64,000 nucleotides of DNA from Polyangiales bacterium (GTDB lineage Bacteria; Myxococcota_A; Polyangia; Polyangiales; Ga0077539), in NCBI GenBank assembly GCA_044229975.1, contig JBGARZ010000019.1, positions 1 to 64,000 on the forward strand, in the 5' to 3' direction. The position numbers and the translations under genes were made by a program. Under the pieces are notes generated by a model, which made no database searches, had not been told where the DNA came from, and worked only from the letters and a program-made list of their open reading frames with translations. Positions 8,651 through 18,225 of this stretch are shown here, one piece after another. The first letter of the stretch is position 1; every line of letters starts with the position of its first letter.

Positions 8651-9367
8651 CTACTCGGGTTCTTCGACGCGCCAGCGCCCGTCTTCTCGCACCAGCCGCG
8701 CCAGCCGCTCGCCGCCGCGACCATAGGCCATGGTGGCCCGATCGCCCGCCACCTCGATGAGCCTGCCGCGCTCCAGGGCCTCGCGCAGCCGCGTGACCAC
8801 GCCCTGCACCCGCGCCGCCTCCGCGCCGCCAAACGCCCGCTGGAGCTGCTGCTCCGGGGTCTCGTGCGCCGCCGTCGCCGCCTGGGTCATCGCCTCGGCT
8901 ACGGCCCGCGGTGCGAGGCGCAACAGCACGTCCCAGCGACCGCGCTCCAGCGCCCGCGCGTACGAGCGCAGCGTCTGGGCCGGCGTGTGCTGCCCGTAGA
9001 AGTCGACCGCGCTCGGATCGAGCCGCCAGCGGCCGCCCTCCTCGACGAGGGTGAGAGCCTCGCCGCTCGACAGCTCCAGGCGCGCTGTCACAGGAGCCTC
9101 GGGCTGGAGTTCGCCGTAGGTGCGGATGGCGTCGGCGAGCTCTTCGGGGTGCTCGCGCGCGGTGGCCTCGAAGCGCTCGAAGGGCATCGAGGTCCGCGCG
9201 GCCGTGGAGAGCAGGCCCCAGGCGTCGCGCATGCGACCGTCGCGCAGCGCCTCGGCGTAGGACTGGAGCGCGTCGACCGGACCTGTGGGTCGAGCCGCGC
9301 AGCCCATGAGCATCTCGCTGCCCGCGAGCGTCCCCAGGAGCAGCAGCGTGCGGGCGGTGGGCTTCAA
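8651..9367 (-). CDS. Hypothetical lipoprotein with two repeated alpha/beta modules
   Basis: Lipobox LMGC; LVEEGGRWRL and LVREDGRWRV repeats. Confidence 0.65.
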   Translation of the reverse strand: MKPTARTLLLLGTLAGSEMLMGCAARPTGPVDALQSYAEALRDGRMRDAWGLLSTAARTSMPFERFEATAREHPEELADAIRTYGELQPEAPVTARLELSSGEALTLVEEGGRWRLDPSAVDFYGQHTPAQTLRSYARALERGRWDVLLRLAPRAVAEAMTQAATAAHETPEQQLQRAFGGAEAARVQGVVTRLREALERGRLIEVAGDRATMAYGRGGERLARLVREDGRWRVEEPE

Positions 9368-9506
9368 GGCGACGCGAAGGTAGTGCAGGCCCCGTCGTCA
9401 AACAACGGGCTCGCTCGTGCGGTGGTTGGCCCGCGCCGCGAGGGGCACCAAAAAATCTGGGAAGTTTTTTTGCGGGGAGCTCTGCCGCTCTGATAACGGC
9501 CGCTCC

Positions 9507-11036
9507 ATGGCTACCTCGACGCGCGCGTTCGCTCACAGTCCGCGCATCTCCACCCCCCCGCCGTCGCTGCGCCCCCCGCAGGCGCCGTCCGTGGTCGGTC
9601 CCTTCGATCTGGTCACCCGCATCGGCGGCGGAACCATGGCGTCGGTCCACCTCGCGCGGCACCGACAGCTCCCGGAGATCGTCGTGGCCCTCCGCCGCAT
9701 GCACCCGCACCTCGCGGTCGACGACGGCTTCGCGCCGATGTTCATCGACGAGGCCAACATCATGACGGCCCTGCGGCACCCCAACGCCGTGTCGCTCTTC
9801 GAGGGCGCCACCGAGGGCGCCGAGCTGTACACCGCGATGGAGTACATCCAGGGGGACTCGCTCGCGGCCGTGCAGCAGACCGCCACCGCGCTGCGCCGCG
9901 TGCTCCCCACGAGCATCGTGCTGCGCGCCGTCTGCGACGCGCTCGAAGGTCTCCACGCCGCGCACGAGCTGCTCACCGACAAGGGTCTCCCGATGTCGCT
10001 GGTGCACCGCGACGTGTCGCCGCAGCACATCCTCATCGGCGTCGACGGCATCGCGCGCATCTCGGGCTTCGGCAGCGCCCGCGCGGAGGGGCGCCTCGCG
10101 TTCACGTCGCCGGGGATGCTCAAGGGCAAGCTCGCGTACATGGCCCCGGAGGTCCTCCAGGCGCAGCGCTACGACCGTCGCGCCGACGTGTTCAGCGCGG
10201 GCGTGGTGCTCTGGGAGGCGCTCACCCTCCAGCGGCTCTTCCCGTACCGCACGGGCTTCAGCGAGGCCCGCCTGCGCGCCCGCGAAGAGGCGCTCTCGCT
10301 CTCGGCCGTGCGCGGCGACCTGCCCGAAGAGCTGTGCTCCGTGGTGATGCGCGCCCTCTCGGTCAGCCCGACCGAGCGCTTCGCGACGGCCACGGAATTC
10401 GCCGAGGCGCTGCGGGCTGCGGCTCCGTCGCGGCTGGCTTCCAACGACGAGCTCGGCGCCTTCATGGAGTCCGTGGCGCGCACCCGCATCGCGCGCGAGC
10501 GGTCGGCGCTGCGGGCGACGGAGCCCTCGGTCGCCCGCGAGACCCTGGAGGTGATGGCGCCGTCGGTGCCGCCATCCCCCAACGAGCCCGCGGCCGAGTC
10601 GCTGCGCCCCGAGATGGCGGGACGGAGCGCGCTCGCGAGCGACTCCGGCGTGCGCGAGGTGAAGCGCAAGAGCGTGCTGCGGGGGCCGACGCTGCCGGCG
10701 CGCGGGTTTCGCGGGTTCTGCGAGCCGCAGGTGTCGCCCGACGCGGTCGTCCCGCAGGGGTGGCGCGCGCAGGACCTCCCGGAGATCGTGGTGCCCGAAG
10801 GCCCCGCGAAGAAGGACGCTGCGCTGGTCATGGACCCGTCCGAGCGGCTCGAACTGCCGGAGCCCAGCGAGCTGCCCACGCGCAAGTGGACGGCGCTCTC
10901 CACGCCGCCTCCGGCCGTGCCCGTCGCGGCGACGGCGCGCGTCACCCGCTGGGCGCTCTGGGTCGCTGCCGCCGCGCTGGCCCTGGCCATTGGTGTGGCC
11001 GCGGGTAGCGCGTTCGGCGAGATGCTCGCCCGCTGA
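9507..11036 (+). CDS. Ser/Thr kinase-like protein, probable pseudokinase, with C-terminal TM
   Basis: Kinase fold, but VALRR replaces VAxK, HRDVSPQH replaces ..PxN and GFG replaces DFG. Confidence 0.85.
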   Translation: MATSTRAFAHSPRISTPPPSLRPPQAPSVVGPFDLVTRIGGGTMASVHLARHRQLPEIVVALRRMHPHLAVDDGFAPMFIDEANIMTALRHPNAVSLFEGATEGAELYTAMEYIQGDSLAAVQQTATALRRVLPTSIVLRAVCDALEGLHAAHELLTDKGLPMSLVHRDVSPQHILIGVDGIARISGFGSARAEGRLAFTSPGMLKGKLAYMAPEVLQAQRYDRRADVFSAGVVLWEALTLQRLFPYRTGFSEARLRAREEALSLSAVRGDLPEELCSVVMRALSVSPTERFATATEFAEALRAAAPSRLASNDELGAFMESVARTRIARERSALRATEPSVARETLEVMAPSVPPSPNEPAAESLRPEMAGRSALASDSGVREVKRKSVLRGPTLPARGFRGFCEPQVSPDAVVPQGWRAQDLPEIVVPEGPAKKDAALVMDPSERLELPEPSELPTRKWTALSTPPPAVPVAATARVTRWALWVAAAALALAIGVAAGSAFGEMLAR

Positions 11037-11039
11037 GCG

Positions 11040-12071
11040 TCAGTCCTTCTCGGCGAGCAGGAAGCGATTCGAGATGGCCTTGAACGAGAGCCTGCCCCGC
11101 AGGGTCTCGCTGAAGGCTTCGTCGCGCGGCCGGATGACGATGCCCTCGCGCGGGTTCTTCGTCCCCGGGTAGAGCCCGTCGGCGAGCGCCAGCAGGCTCG
11201 CCTGATCGTGCGCGAAGGACTCCCCCTCCTCGACGATGCTCACCGGTTCGAGCTCCATCTCGGCGGCGACGGCGCGCATCTCGCGGTCGGCGAGGTAGCG
11301 GTGCTCCGTCGTGTCGTAGACGTTGAACACGAAGAGCTGCACCTGCGCGAGGCCGAGGAGGTTCTTCTGCACCTTGGGGCCGCAGATCTCTCCCTGGATG
11401 ATGTAGCGCCCGCCGCGCGCGCGGAGCTTCTCCTCGATGCCGTAGCGTCGCGCGACCGCCCAGTAGACGTTGTTGCCGTCGACGACCGACCAGTTGCGGC
11501 CGCAGGCGTGGAAGGTCCCGTCGGTGTGGTCGATGGCGAAGGTGGCGCTGGTGCCGTCGCACTTCAGGGTCGCGACGTACGGCCGCCCGCGCATCTCTTC
11601 GAGCACGCGCTGACACGACTGGATGCGCTCCTCGTCGGTCTTCGGCACGGGCGGGAAGAACCCACGCAGCTCGGCGGAGTCCATCGGCACCACGGGCTCG
11701 TACTTGCCGACGCCGAGGCGCTCGGTGACGTCTTCGCCGTCGGGCAGATCACTTGGCAGTCCCGCCTCGGCGAGCGAGAGCAGGAGCCCCTGCGAGAGAC
11801 AGCCGCGGAGCTTCTTGGTGCGGATGCGGAAGCTCGCCGGCCGCGTCCCCTCGGCGGGGTCGGCGCCCTTCGCCGTCCACAGGAAGCGGTACGCCCCGGT
11901 GTCCGGCGGGATCGCGTCGATCTCGAAGAACACACCGCGATCGCCGACCGCGAACGCGCCCTTCTTCACGACGCACTGCCAGCCGTTGATCTGCACGGCC
12001 TCGATGGCATCGGCCCCTTCGATGGGAACGATCTTCAACACACGCTGAACCGACGCGAGCTTCCGCTTCAT
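11040..12071 (-). CDS. ATP-dependent RNA ligase, DRB0094 (DraRnl/Rnl5) family
   Basis: N-terminal RKLASVQRV..IEGADAIE..INGWQCVVKKG; motif I KCDGTS; QGEICG, FVFNV, EGIV, FKAIS. Confidence 0.88.
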   Translation of the reverse strand: MKRKLASVQRVLKIVPIEGADAIEAVQINGWQCVVKKGAFAVGDRGVFFEIDAIPPDTGAYRFLWTAKGADPAEGTRPASFRIRTKKLRGCLSQGLLLSLAEAGLPSDLPDGEDVTERLGVGKYEPVVPMDSAELRGFFPPVPKTDEERIQSCQRVLEEMRGRPYVATLKCDGTSATFAIDHTDGTFHACGRNWSVVDGNNVYWAVARRYGIEEKLRARGGRYIIQGEICGPKVQKNLLGLAQVQLFVFNVYDTTEHRYLADREMRAVAAEMELEPVSIVEEGESFAHDQASLLALADGLYPGTKNPREGIVIRPRDEAFSETLRGRLSFKAISNRFLLAEKD

Positions 12072-12111
12072 GGCGCGGAGGAGATAGCAGTGACCCGAAT
12101 GTCGTCCAGCG

Positions 12112-13131
12112 TCAGTAGGGCACGATTCGTCGGAGGGCGTGGGCGATGACCACCGGGTAGAGCGCGAGGTTGCGCGCCATCGCCAGCGCCGGGCTGTACC
12201 GCGCCGTCGCGACTCGTCCGCCCTTCACCCCGGCAAGATCATCCGCCAGCGCCCGCAGGTGCGTCGGACCAAATGGCCCGTCGTTGATCCGCGCGACGAG
12301 CTCACCGGGCAGTCCTGCTTCGCCGCCGAGCGCTCCGCACCAGGCGCCCACGATCGCCGCGATGGAGTCGGTGTCACCACCCGCGCGAATCACCGCCGTG
12401 ACCGCCGCCATCGCATCGCCGCCCCATCGCGCAAACGCATACGCCGCGAACGGAACCGTATGCACCACGAACCCCGTGGTGCCGAGCTCACGCGCCGCCG
12501 CGTCGAGCTCGGCGCCCTCGGTCGCCATGGCCACGGCCCGATCGAGCGCCCTCCCGAGCGATGCCTCGGTCACCACCGCCCGCGCCTCTCGCACCACCGC
12601 CATCGGATCGTCCCTGGTGGTCGCGAGGGCCGCGACCTCCGCCACGAAGCGGGCGCCCTCCACGGCTCGCGCGTCGGTGTGCGTCACGGTCGCGAGCGCA
12701 TCGGCCATCGCCCGCCGGGCCTCCGGGTCGTCGCGCAGAAACACGCCCACGATGGCCGTGCGCATCGCCGCCCCGTTGCCCGCCGTCGCGACCCCGGAGC
12801 GCCGCAGGCCGAGCGCGATGCGCGTGCAGGCGCGCAGCGTTCCGAGGCCGATGCCCCACGGCAATCGCAAGAACCACCCGAGCAGCGAACGGCGAAACGC
12901 CCGCACGCACCCCGCGAGATCGCCCGGGTGCCGCGCGAGGCTCTGCGCGACGAGGGCTGACTGCTCGGTGTCGTCGGACACGAAGCCCATGCGACCGAGG
13001 AGATGGAAGCGGTCGAGTGCTCGAAAGCGCCGCGCGATGACCTTCGCGGAGAGCATCTCCATGGGGAGCCCGAGCGCGTCCCCGAGCGCCGTCCCGAGGA
13101 GCGTGCCCACGAGCCGATCACGGAGGTCCAT
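12112..13131 (-). CDS. ADP-ribosylglycohydrolase (DraG/ARH family)
   Basis: GTALGDALG, SDDTEQ, GNGAAMR, GGDTDSIAAIVG. Confidence 0.9.
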   Translation of the reverse strand: MDLRDRLVGTLLGTALGDALGLPMEMLSAKVIARRFRALDRFHLLGRMGFVSDDTEQSALVAQSLARHPGDLAGCVRAFRRSLLGWFLRLPWGIGLGTLRACTRIALGLRRSGVATAGNGAAMRTAIVGVFLRDDPEARRAMADALATVTHTDARAVEGARFVAEVAALATTRDDPMAVVREARAVVTEASLGRALDRAVAMATEGAELDAAARELGTTGFVVHTVPFAAYAFARWGGDAMAAVTAVIRAGGDTDSIAAIVGAWCGALGGEAGLPGELVARINDGPFGPTHLRALADDLAGVKGGRVATARYSPALAMARNLALYPVVIAHALRRIVPY

Positions 13132-13251
13132 CGATCGGGGCGACGAGACGACGGGCAGGCTGATTCCCGGCATACCCGAGACGGTACACCGCCCGCTTGA
13201 GCGCGGGTCCTGCTCCGACGCGACGGGCTGTGTACTGTACGCTGCGGCGCC

Positions 13252-14931
13252 ATGGGCCGCCGCGTTGTTCCGCTCGCCATCTGTCTCACCCTCGCCGCCT
13301 GCAACCCCACCAGCGTGGGGTCGACCTTCGACGGCTCGCTCGCCAGCGACGTCGCGGCGCTCGCGGAGACCGCCACGACCGACGCCTCGACGGACGACGC
13401 GGGCCTCTCCGTCGACGTGTCCGTCGCAGACGTGTTCGTCGTGGATGCGCCCGTCATCGACGTGCCTCTCGCCGACGTCCCTGCGCTCGATGCTCCTCCC
13501 GCGGTCGACGTCGTCGTTGCGACCGATGTTCCTGCCGCGGATGTGCCGCCCGCGGACGTCCTGCGTCCCTCCGACGTCGCGGCCGCCGATGGTTCCACTT
13601 CGTGTCGTTCGTCGCGCGAGTGCAGCGCACTGTCGCTCGTCTGCGACCCCGTCCGCATGCTCTGCGTCGAGTGCCTCAGCGACGTCGACTGTCCCACCAC
13701 CCAGCTCTGCAACGCCGACGCCGTGTGCCGCCCCCCGCGCTGCACCGCCGGTCCCAGCGAGTGCGCCTCCGAGACCAGCGTGCGCATGTGCGACCCCCGC
13801 ACTGGGGTCGTCGTGATGGGCTGTCCCGCCGGGTCGACCTGCGCCGCCGGTCGCTGCTCGGCGCGCGTGTGCACCCCCAACGCCGTCGAGTGCGCCTCCG
13901 CCACCGAGCGCCGCGTCTGCAACACCGACGGATCGGCCTGGATCACCACCGCCTGCCCCTCCGCACCGCGTGCCGCGGGTCGCTGCGTCTCGGCGACCTG
14001 CACCACCACCTGCGACGTCGGCTTCGCCGATTGCAACGGCGTCGCGTCCGACGGATGTGAAGCCGACACCGCCACCGACCTCGCCAACTGCGGCGCGTGT
14101 CGCACGGCGTGCACCCCGGGCCTCGCGTGCAACGCGGGCGTGTGCGGCTGCCCGAGCACCATCCCGACGGTCTGCGCTGGCATGTGCGTCAACACGCAGA
14201 ACAACGCGGCCCACTGCGGTGCGTGCGGCGTCGCCTGCCCCACTGGATCGACCTGCTCCGGCGGCGCCTGCACCAGCGTCGGATGCGGCTCCCTCACCAA
14301 CTGCGGCGGTAGCTGCGTCGACACGCGCACCAGCCTCGCCCACTGCGGCGGCTGCGGCCTCTCGTGCGCCACGTCGGGCTCGTCCACCGCGAGCATCGCG
14401 TGCCTCTCCAGCGCGTGCACGATGACCTGCAACGGGATCAACTACGACGTCGACGGCGCGACGACCAACGGCTGTGAGGCCGTCGACGAGGACATCAGCG
14501 GGCACACGCAGTCGACGGCGAGGTCGCGTGGCTCGCAGGGCTGCTCGGACACCACGACCGGAACCGCCAGCGGACGCATCGTCTCGGACGCGCGCACCCA
14601 CTCGCCCGTGCCGGAGGGCTTCTCCACGAGCTCGGGCTCGGCGCCGGACTGGTTCTACGTGCGCGCCACGAGCGGGGCCCTCTGCGCCAACAACTACGGC
14701 GTCACCGTCGTCACCGCGGGCGGCAGCGCCACGGGCAACTGCTACCAGGTGACCATCATCACCGACCGAACCACCGCCTCCATGAGCGTGAGCGGTTCTG
14801 GCAGCAACACCATGTCCTCGGGCGCCTTCAGCCTCTACACCGAGAACTCCCTCGTCTATCTGCGCGTCGAGAAGGTCTGCTCGACCGCGACGCGGGAGAA
14901 CGTCACCTACTCGCTGTCGTTCCACCTGTGA
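13252..14931 (+). CDS. Cysteine-rich repeat lipoprotein
   Basis: Lipobox LAAC; Asp/Val/Pro linker; repeated DxxxDxxNCGACGxxC units. Confidence 0.85.
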   Translation: MGRRVVPLAICLTLAACNPTSVGSTFDGSLASDVAALAETATTDASTDDAGLSVDVSVADVFVVDAPVIDVPLADVPALDAPPAVDVVVATDVPAADVPPADVLRPSDVAAADGSTSCRSSRECSALSLVCDPVRMLCVECLSDVDCPTTQLCNADAVCRPPRCTAGPSECASETSVRMCDPRTGVVVMGCPAGSTCAAGRCSARVCTPNAVECASATERRVCNTDGSAWITTACPSAPRAAGRCVSATCTTTCDVGFADCNGVASDGCEADTATDLANCGACRTACTPGLACNAGVCGCPSTIPTVCAGMCVNTQNNAAHCGACGVACPTGSTCSGGACTSVGCGSLTNCGGSCVDTRTSLAHCGGCGLSCATSGSSTASIACLSSACTMTCNGINYDVDGATTNGCEAVDEDISGHTQSTARSRGSQGCSDTTTGTASGRIVSDARTHSPVPEGFSTSSGSAPDWFYVRATSGALCANNYGVTVVTAGGSATGNCYQVTIITDRTTASMSVSGSGSNTMSSGAFSLYTENSLVYLRVEKVCSTATRENVTYSLSFHL

Positions 14932-14938
14932 GCGCGCT

Positions 14939-15862
14939 TCAGCGCGGGAGCATCTCGATCTCCATCACGTTCTCGGGCGCGTAGGTCCACGCGCGAATCT
15001 GGGCGTCGCGCAGGCCGAGCTGCGGGAGAGACGCCGTGCGCGCGAGCCAGAACTCCGCGCGCTGCCACACCGTGCGGATCAGCTCGACGTGCGCCGGGTC
15101 GCCGATGATCTCGGCGTAGTCGTCGGCGTGCTGGGTGCGCGCGATCTTCAGGTAGAGCTCGACGTAGTACATCATGGTCAGGATGCCGTCGCGCGCGCTG
15201 ATGCGGATGCCCGACTGCAGTCCGTCGCGCGTGCAGTACCGCGACGCGAGCGAATGGGTGTACGCGACGTACTCGTCGAGCAGGGTGTTGAAGCCCTGCG
15301 CGCCGGACTGCCCGCGGAGGTAGACCTCGTCGTAGGAGTCCATGTCGGGGTTGGCGTGCAGCGTGAGGATCTCGCTGCGGTTGAAGTTGGACAGCCGTCG
15401 CGGCCGGATGATGAGGTCCTCGCGCAGGCGGTACGGCCAGTCGGCGCGGATCATGGTGAGGTCCCAGATGTGTCCGCCCTCGTGCACGGCGACCTCGAAG
15501 CCGTTGAGGATGTCCGCGAAGGTGTTGCGCGAGCGAAACCACCCCATGAGCTGCGTGTCGCTCTGCACATCGACGAACGCCACCCCGATGGGGTACCGCC
15601 GCTCGGCGATGCCGCGCGTGGCGGCGCGGAGACCCGCCGGGGTGTTCTCGTAGGCGGCCGCGAGGTCGGAGAGGTCGGCGGTGTCGTCGCAGACGGTCTC
15701 CGTGTACGTGGCCGGTGAGCCCGCCTCGGGACTGGCTGCCTGGACATCGCCCGTGGGCACCGCCGCATCACCGTCGGCGGCGGTGTTGTTGACCGCCGAG
15801 CCGCAGCCCGCGAGCGTGAGACCAAACGCGGACACAAGGGACAACCAGCTTCGACGCGCCAT
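14939..15862 (-). CDS. Lipoprotein, putative zinc metallopeptidase
   Basis: Lipobox LAGC; HEGGH with a downstream DE(Y) as possible third ligand. Confidence 0.65.
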   Translation of the reverse strand: MARRSWLSLVSAFGLTLAGCGSAVNNTAADGDAAVPTGDVQAASPEAGSPATYTETVCDDTADLSDLAAAYENTPAGLRAATRGIAERRYPIGVAFVDVQSDTQLMGWFRSRNTFADILNGFEVAVHEGGHIWDLTMIRADWPYRLREDLIIRPRRLSNFNRSEILTLHANPDMDSYDEVYLRGQSGAQGFNTLLDEYVAYTHSLASRYCTRDGLQSGIRISARDGILTMMYYVELYLKIARTQHADDYAEIIGDPAHVELIRTVWQRAEFWLARTASLPQLGLRDAQIRAWTYAPENVMEIEMLPR

Positions 15863-15895
15863 CGTGAGAGCTCCTCGGCGCGCGATGATACGCGG

Positions 15896-16552
15896 TCAAC
15901 GTCCGTTCGCAGAGAAGTGCTGATAGTCGCGCGGCATCCGCCAGTGGCCGCCCCATCGCCAGCCGGCGTGGGCGAAGGCGCGCACCACCGGGCCGTCGTC
16001 GATCACCAGACCGGGCACCCGACGCGTTCGGTTGGCGAACGCGCGGCCCGCGGGAGGCGACACCCAGCCGCGGTCGACGTAGGGGTTCTGCACGGGGTTG
16101 AGGTCGATGGCGAGGCCGTAGGCGTGCTGCGACCAGACGCCGGGCCGCCCCGCCACCTCGCGACAGTTGAACGCCGACGTGTTGTTGGCCGCCATGGAGC
16201 GGTGATCGTCGGAGCCGTAGGCGTCGACGGGCTCCATGCGCTCGATGGCGAAGCGCTGCGCGAAGAGCTCGCGAAACACCCCGACGAGCGCGACGGCATG
16301 GTCGCGGTGCACGACGAGTCGACCGACGTGAACCGTGCGATCGAAGCCCCAGTGGTCGACAGTGAGCACCCGCAGGTCGTCGAGCGCGACGGGACAGCCC
16401 AGGTGCCAGGAGCCGGTCCCCCGCGCCGACATGGTCGCGCGCATCGCGGCGTCGAGGGGACGCGCGGTGCCATGGAAGCGGGGTTGCGCGAGCGCGTCCG
16501 ACGCGAGCCCGACGAAGAGCGCCGCGGTCAGAGTGAGAGGTCGACGGCCCAT
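15896..16552 (-). CDS. M15 family peptidoglycan metallopeptidase
   Basis: NNTSAFNCR, SQHAYGLAIDLNP, WGGHW...DYQHF. Confidence 0.9.
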   Translation of the reverse strand: MGRRPLTLTAALFVGLASDALAQPRFHGTARPLDAAMRATMSARGTGSWHLGCPVALDDLRVLTVDHWGFDRTVHVGRLVVHRDHAVALVGVFRELFAQRFAIERMEPVDAYGSDDHRSMAANNTSAFNCREVAGRPGVWSQHAYGLAIDLNPVQNPYVDRGWVSPPAGRAFANRTRRVPGLVIDDGPVVRAFAHAGWRWGGHWRMPRDYQHFSANGR

Positions 16553-17688
16553 TCGCCGGACTCGGTGAAGTCGCTGACCGTCACACGCGATCCGCGCCAG
16601 GTCACCCGCGGATCGCCGCCGTGGTCGGTCGTGTTCTCGTCGAGCGCGGCGATCGGGTGGCCGTCGCGCACCTCGCAGGTGAGGTAGCCCCCCTCACGCG
16701 CACCGTAGAGCCAGGTGGTTCCACAGCGCAGGGCGATGCGGCAACTCTCGGGGTACTCCCACACAGGCCGCACAGCGAACGAACACCGCGCCCCGCGCGC
16801 GACGGGCGCCTGCCCTCGTGTCGCCATCACCCGTGCGGGCCGGTCGATCACGTCCGCGAACGCGGGCTGGCGCACGACCCGCGACGTCGGCAGGTGCAGT
16901 GCGCTGCCCTCGTGGGGCTCGCTCACATCGCGCACGGAGAGGGTCACCCGCATGGCCTCGGCGCCCTCGCGCCGAAGCACCGCTTCGTGCCGCGTGGTTG
17001 AGATCGTCGCGCAGGTCGCCCCGGCGCACTCGGCCTCGTCGCCGAAGCTGAGCAGGTATTGGTGGCTCTGGGTTCCGAACACCGGACCCTCGCGCAGTCC
17101 GACGGTCGCGGTGGTCATCATGCGGTCAGAGGCCAGTTGATAGACTCTCCGCGCCCCGCAATCGACGACCAGCATTCGAGCTTGCGCGGAGGCGCCGACC
17201 CGCACGAAAGCACCGTTGACGGTGCAGGGCGTGCCCGCGGCGAGGTCGATGCCCGTCGCTTCGATCACGGTGGCCGGCCAGCGTGCGACGACCACCGGAG
17301 ACCCCGGCTCGACCAGCACCCCCCGTCGCGCCATCTCCTGGGCGTGTGCCCTCGCAGCCGCCTGCTCGGCGTTGGTGCGTTGCTCCGCCTCCCTCCGCGC
17401 ATCCAGCACCGCCCTCAAGCGTTGGTTCTCACGCTCCTCTGCACGGTGGCGCGCCACAAGGGCCTCTGCCTCCGCCCGCTCCGCTCGGACTCGCGACAGG
17501 CTCGCGTAGAACCAGCCTCCTGCACCCAGAAGCATCGTCGCCGTGAGGACGCCCATCACCCACCGCAACCCGCTGCCCTTAGGCGGCGGGCGTTGGTGGG
17601 TGGCGTTCTGTTGTTTGAGTTGGTCGAGCTCTGCCTGGAGCGCGTCGGCCCGACGGTGGGCGGCTTCTCGGTCGTCGCGGAAGGACAT
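16528..17688 (-). CDS. Hypothetical bitopic membrane protein with coiled coil and Cys-containing exported domains
   Basis: One TM near the N-terminus, heptad-rich segment, coding-like GC3. Confidence 0.6.
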   Translation of the reverse strand: MSFRDDREAAHRRADALQAELDQLKQQNATHQRPPPKGSGLRWVMGVLTATMLLGAGGWFYASLSRVRAERAEAEALVARHRAEERENQRLRAVLDARREAEQRTNAEQAAARAHAQEMARRGVLVEPGSPVVVARWPATVIEATGIDLAAGTPCTVNGAFVRVGASAQARMLVVDCGARRVYQLASDRMMTTATVGLREGPVFGTQSHQYLLSFGDEAECAGATCATISTTRHEAVLRREGAEAMRVTLSVRDVSEPHEGSALHLPTSRVVRQPAFADVIDRPARVMATRGQAPVARGARCSFAVRPVWEYPESCRIALRCGTTWLYGAREGGYLTCEVRDGHPIAALDENTTDHGGDPRVTWRGSRVTVSDFTESGEWAVDLSL

Positions 17689-17724
17689 CGGGGCGGTACC
17701 TCCGCCCCGGACGTTACGCCCGTC

Positions 17725-18225
17725 TCACGGAGGGGGCATCGGGATGATCTTGATCCTGCGCTCTTCGCCTTCGCCTTCGCTCTCGGTGGCGACGCCGGCG
17801 AACTTCGCGAGGGCCATGTGCACGGTGCGTCGCTCGCGCGGCGGCAGCGGGTCCATGAAGATCACCTTGCCCTCCTGCACGCACTTCTCGCCGAGCTCGT
17901 GGGCCATGGTGGTGAGCGTGCGCTCGCGCCGCGCGCGGTAGCCGTCGGCGTCGACCACGAGGCTGGCGCGGTCGCCGCCCACGGTCTTGGTCGCCACGCG
18001 GTTGGAGAGGAGCTGGAGCGCGTCGATGGTCGCGCCCTTCTTGCCGACGAGGTGCTTCGCGTCGGGGCCGCTCAGCTCCAGCACGGTGTCGCCGCCCTCT
18101 TCGCGGACGTTGACGTCGGCGTCGAGGCCCATGGCGATGACGGTGTCCTTGAGGAAGGCGCTCGCCGCGTCGATGGCGCGGGGGTCGAGCGGGCGTCGGA
18201 CGGAGGGATCGTTTGTTTCAACCAC
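17725..18225 (-). CDS. jag: Jag/EloR (KhpB) RNA-binding protein, KH + R3H
   Basis: LVGKKGATIDALQ (KH), ERRTVHMAL (R3H); follows yidC. Confidence 0.9.
   Translation of the reverse strand: MVETNDPSVRRPLDPRAIDAASAFLKDTVIAMGLDADVNVREEGGDTVLELSGPDAKHLVGKKGATIDALQLLSNRVATKTVGGDRASLVVDADGYRARRERTLTTMAHELGEKCVQEGKVIFMDPLPPRERRTVHMALAKFAGVATESEGEGEERRIKIIPMPPP

Noticed and set aside
12112..14925. 937-aa minus-strand ORF and other very long antisense or alternate-frame ORFs (e.g. 39538-43023, 52536-55874, 32005-34215)
   Set aside because: Shadow ORFs of high-GC DNA overlapping better-supported genes; only 12112-13131 of the first is a real gene.
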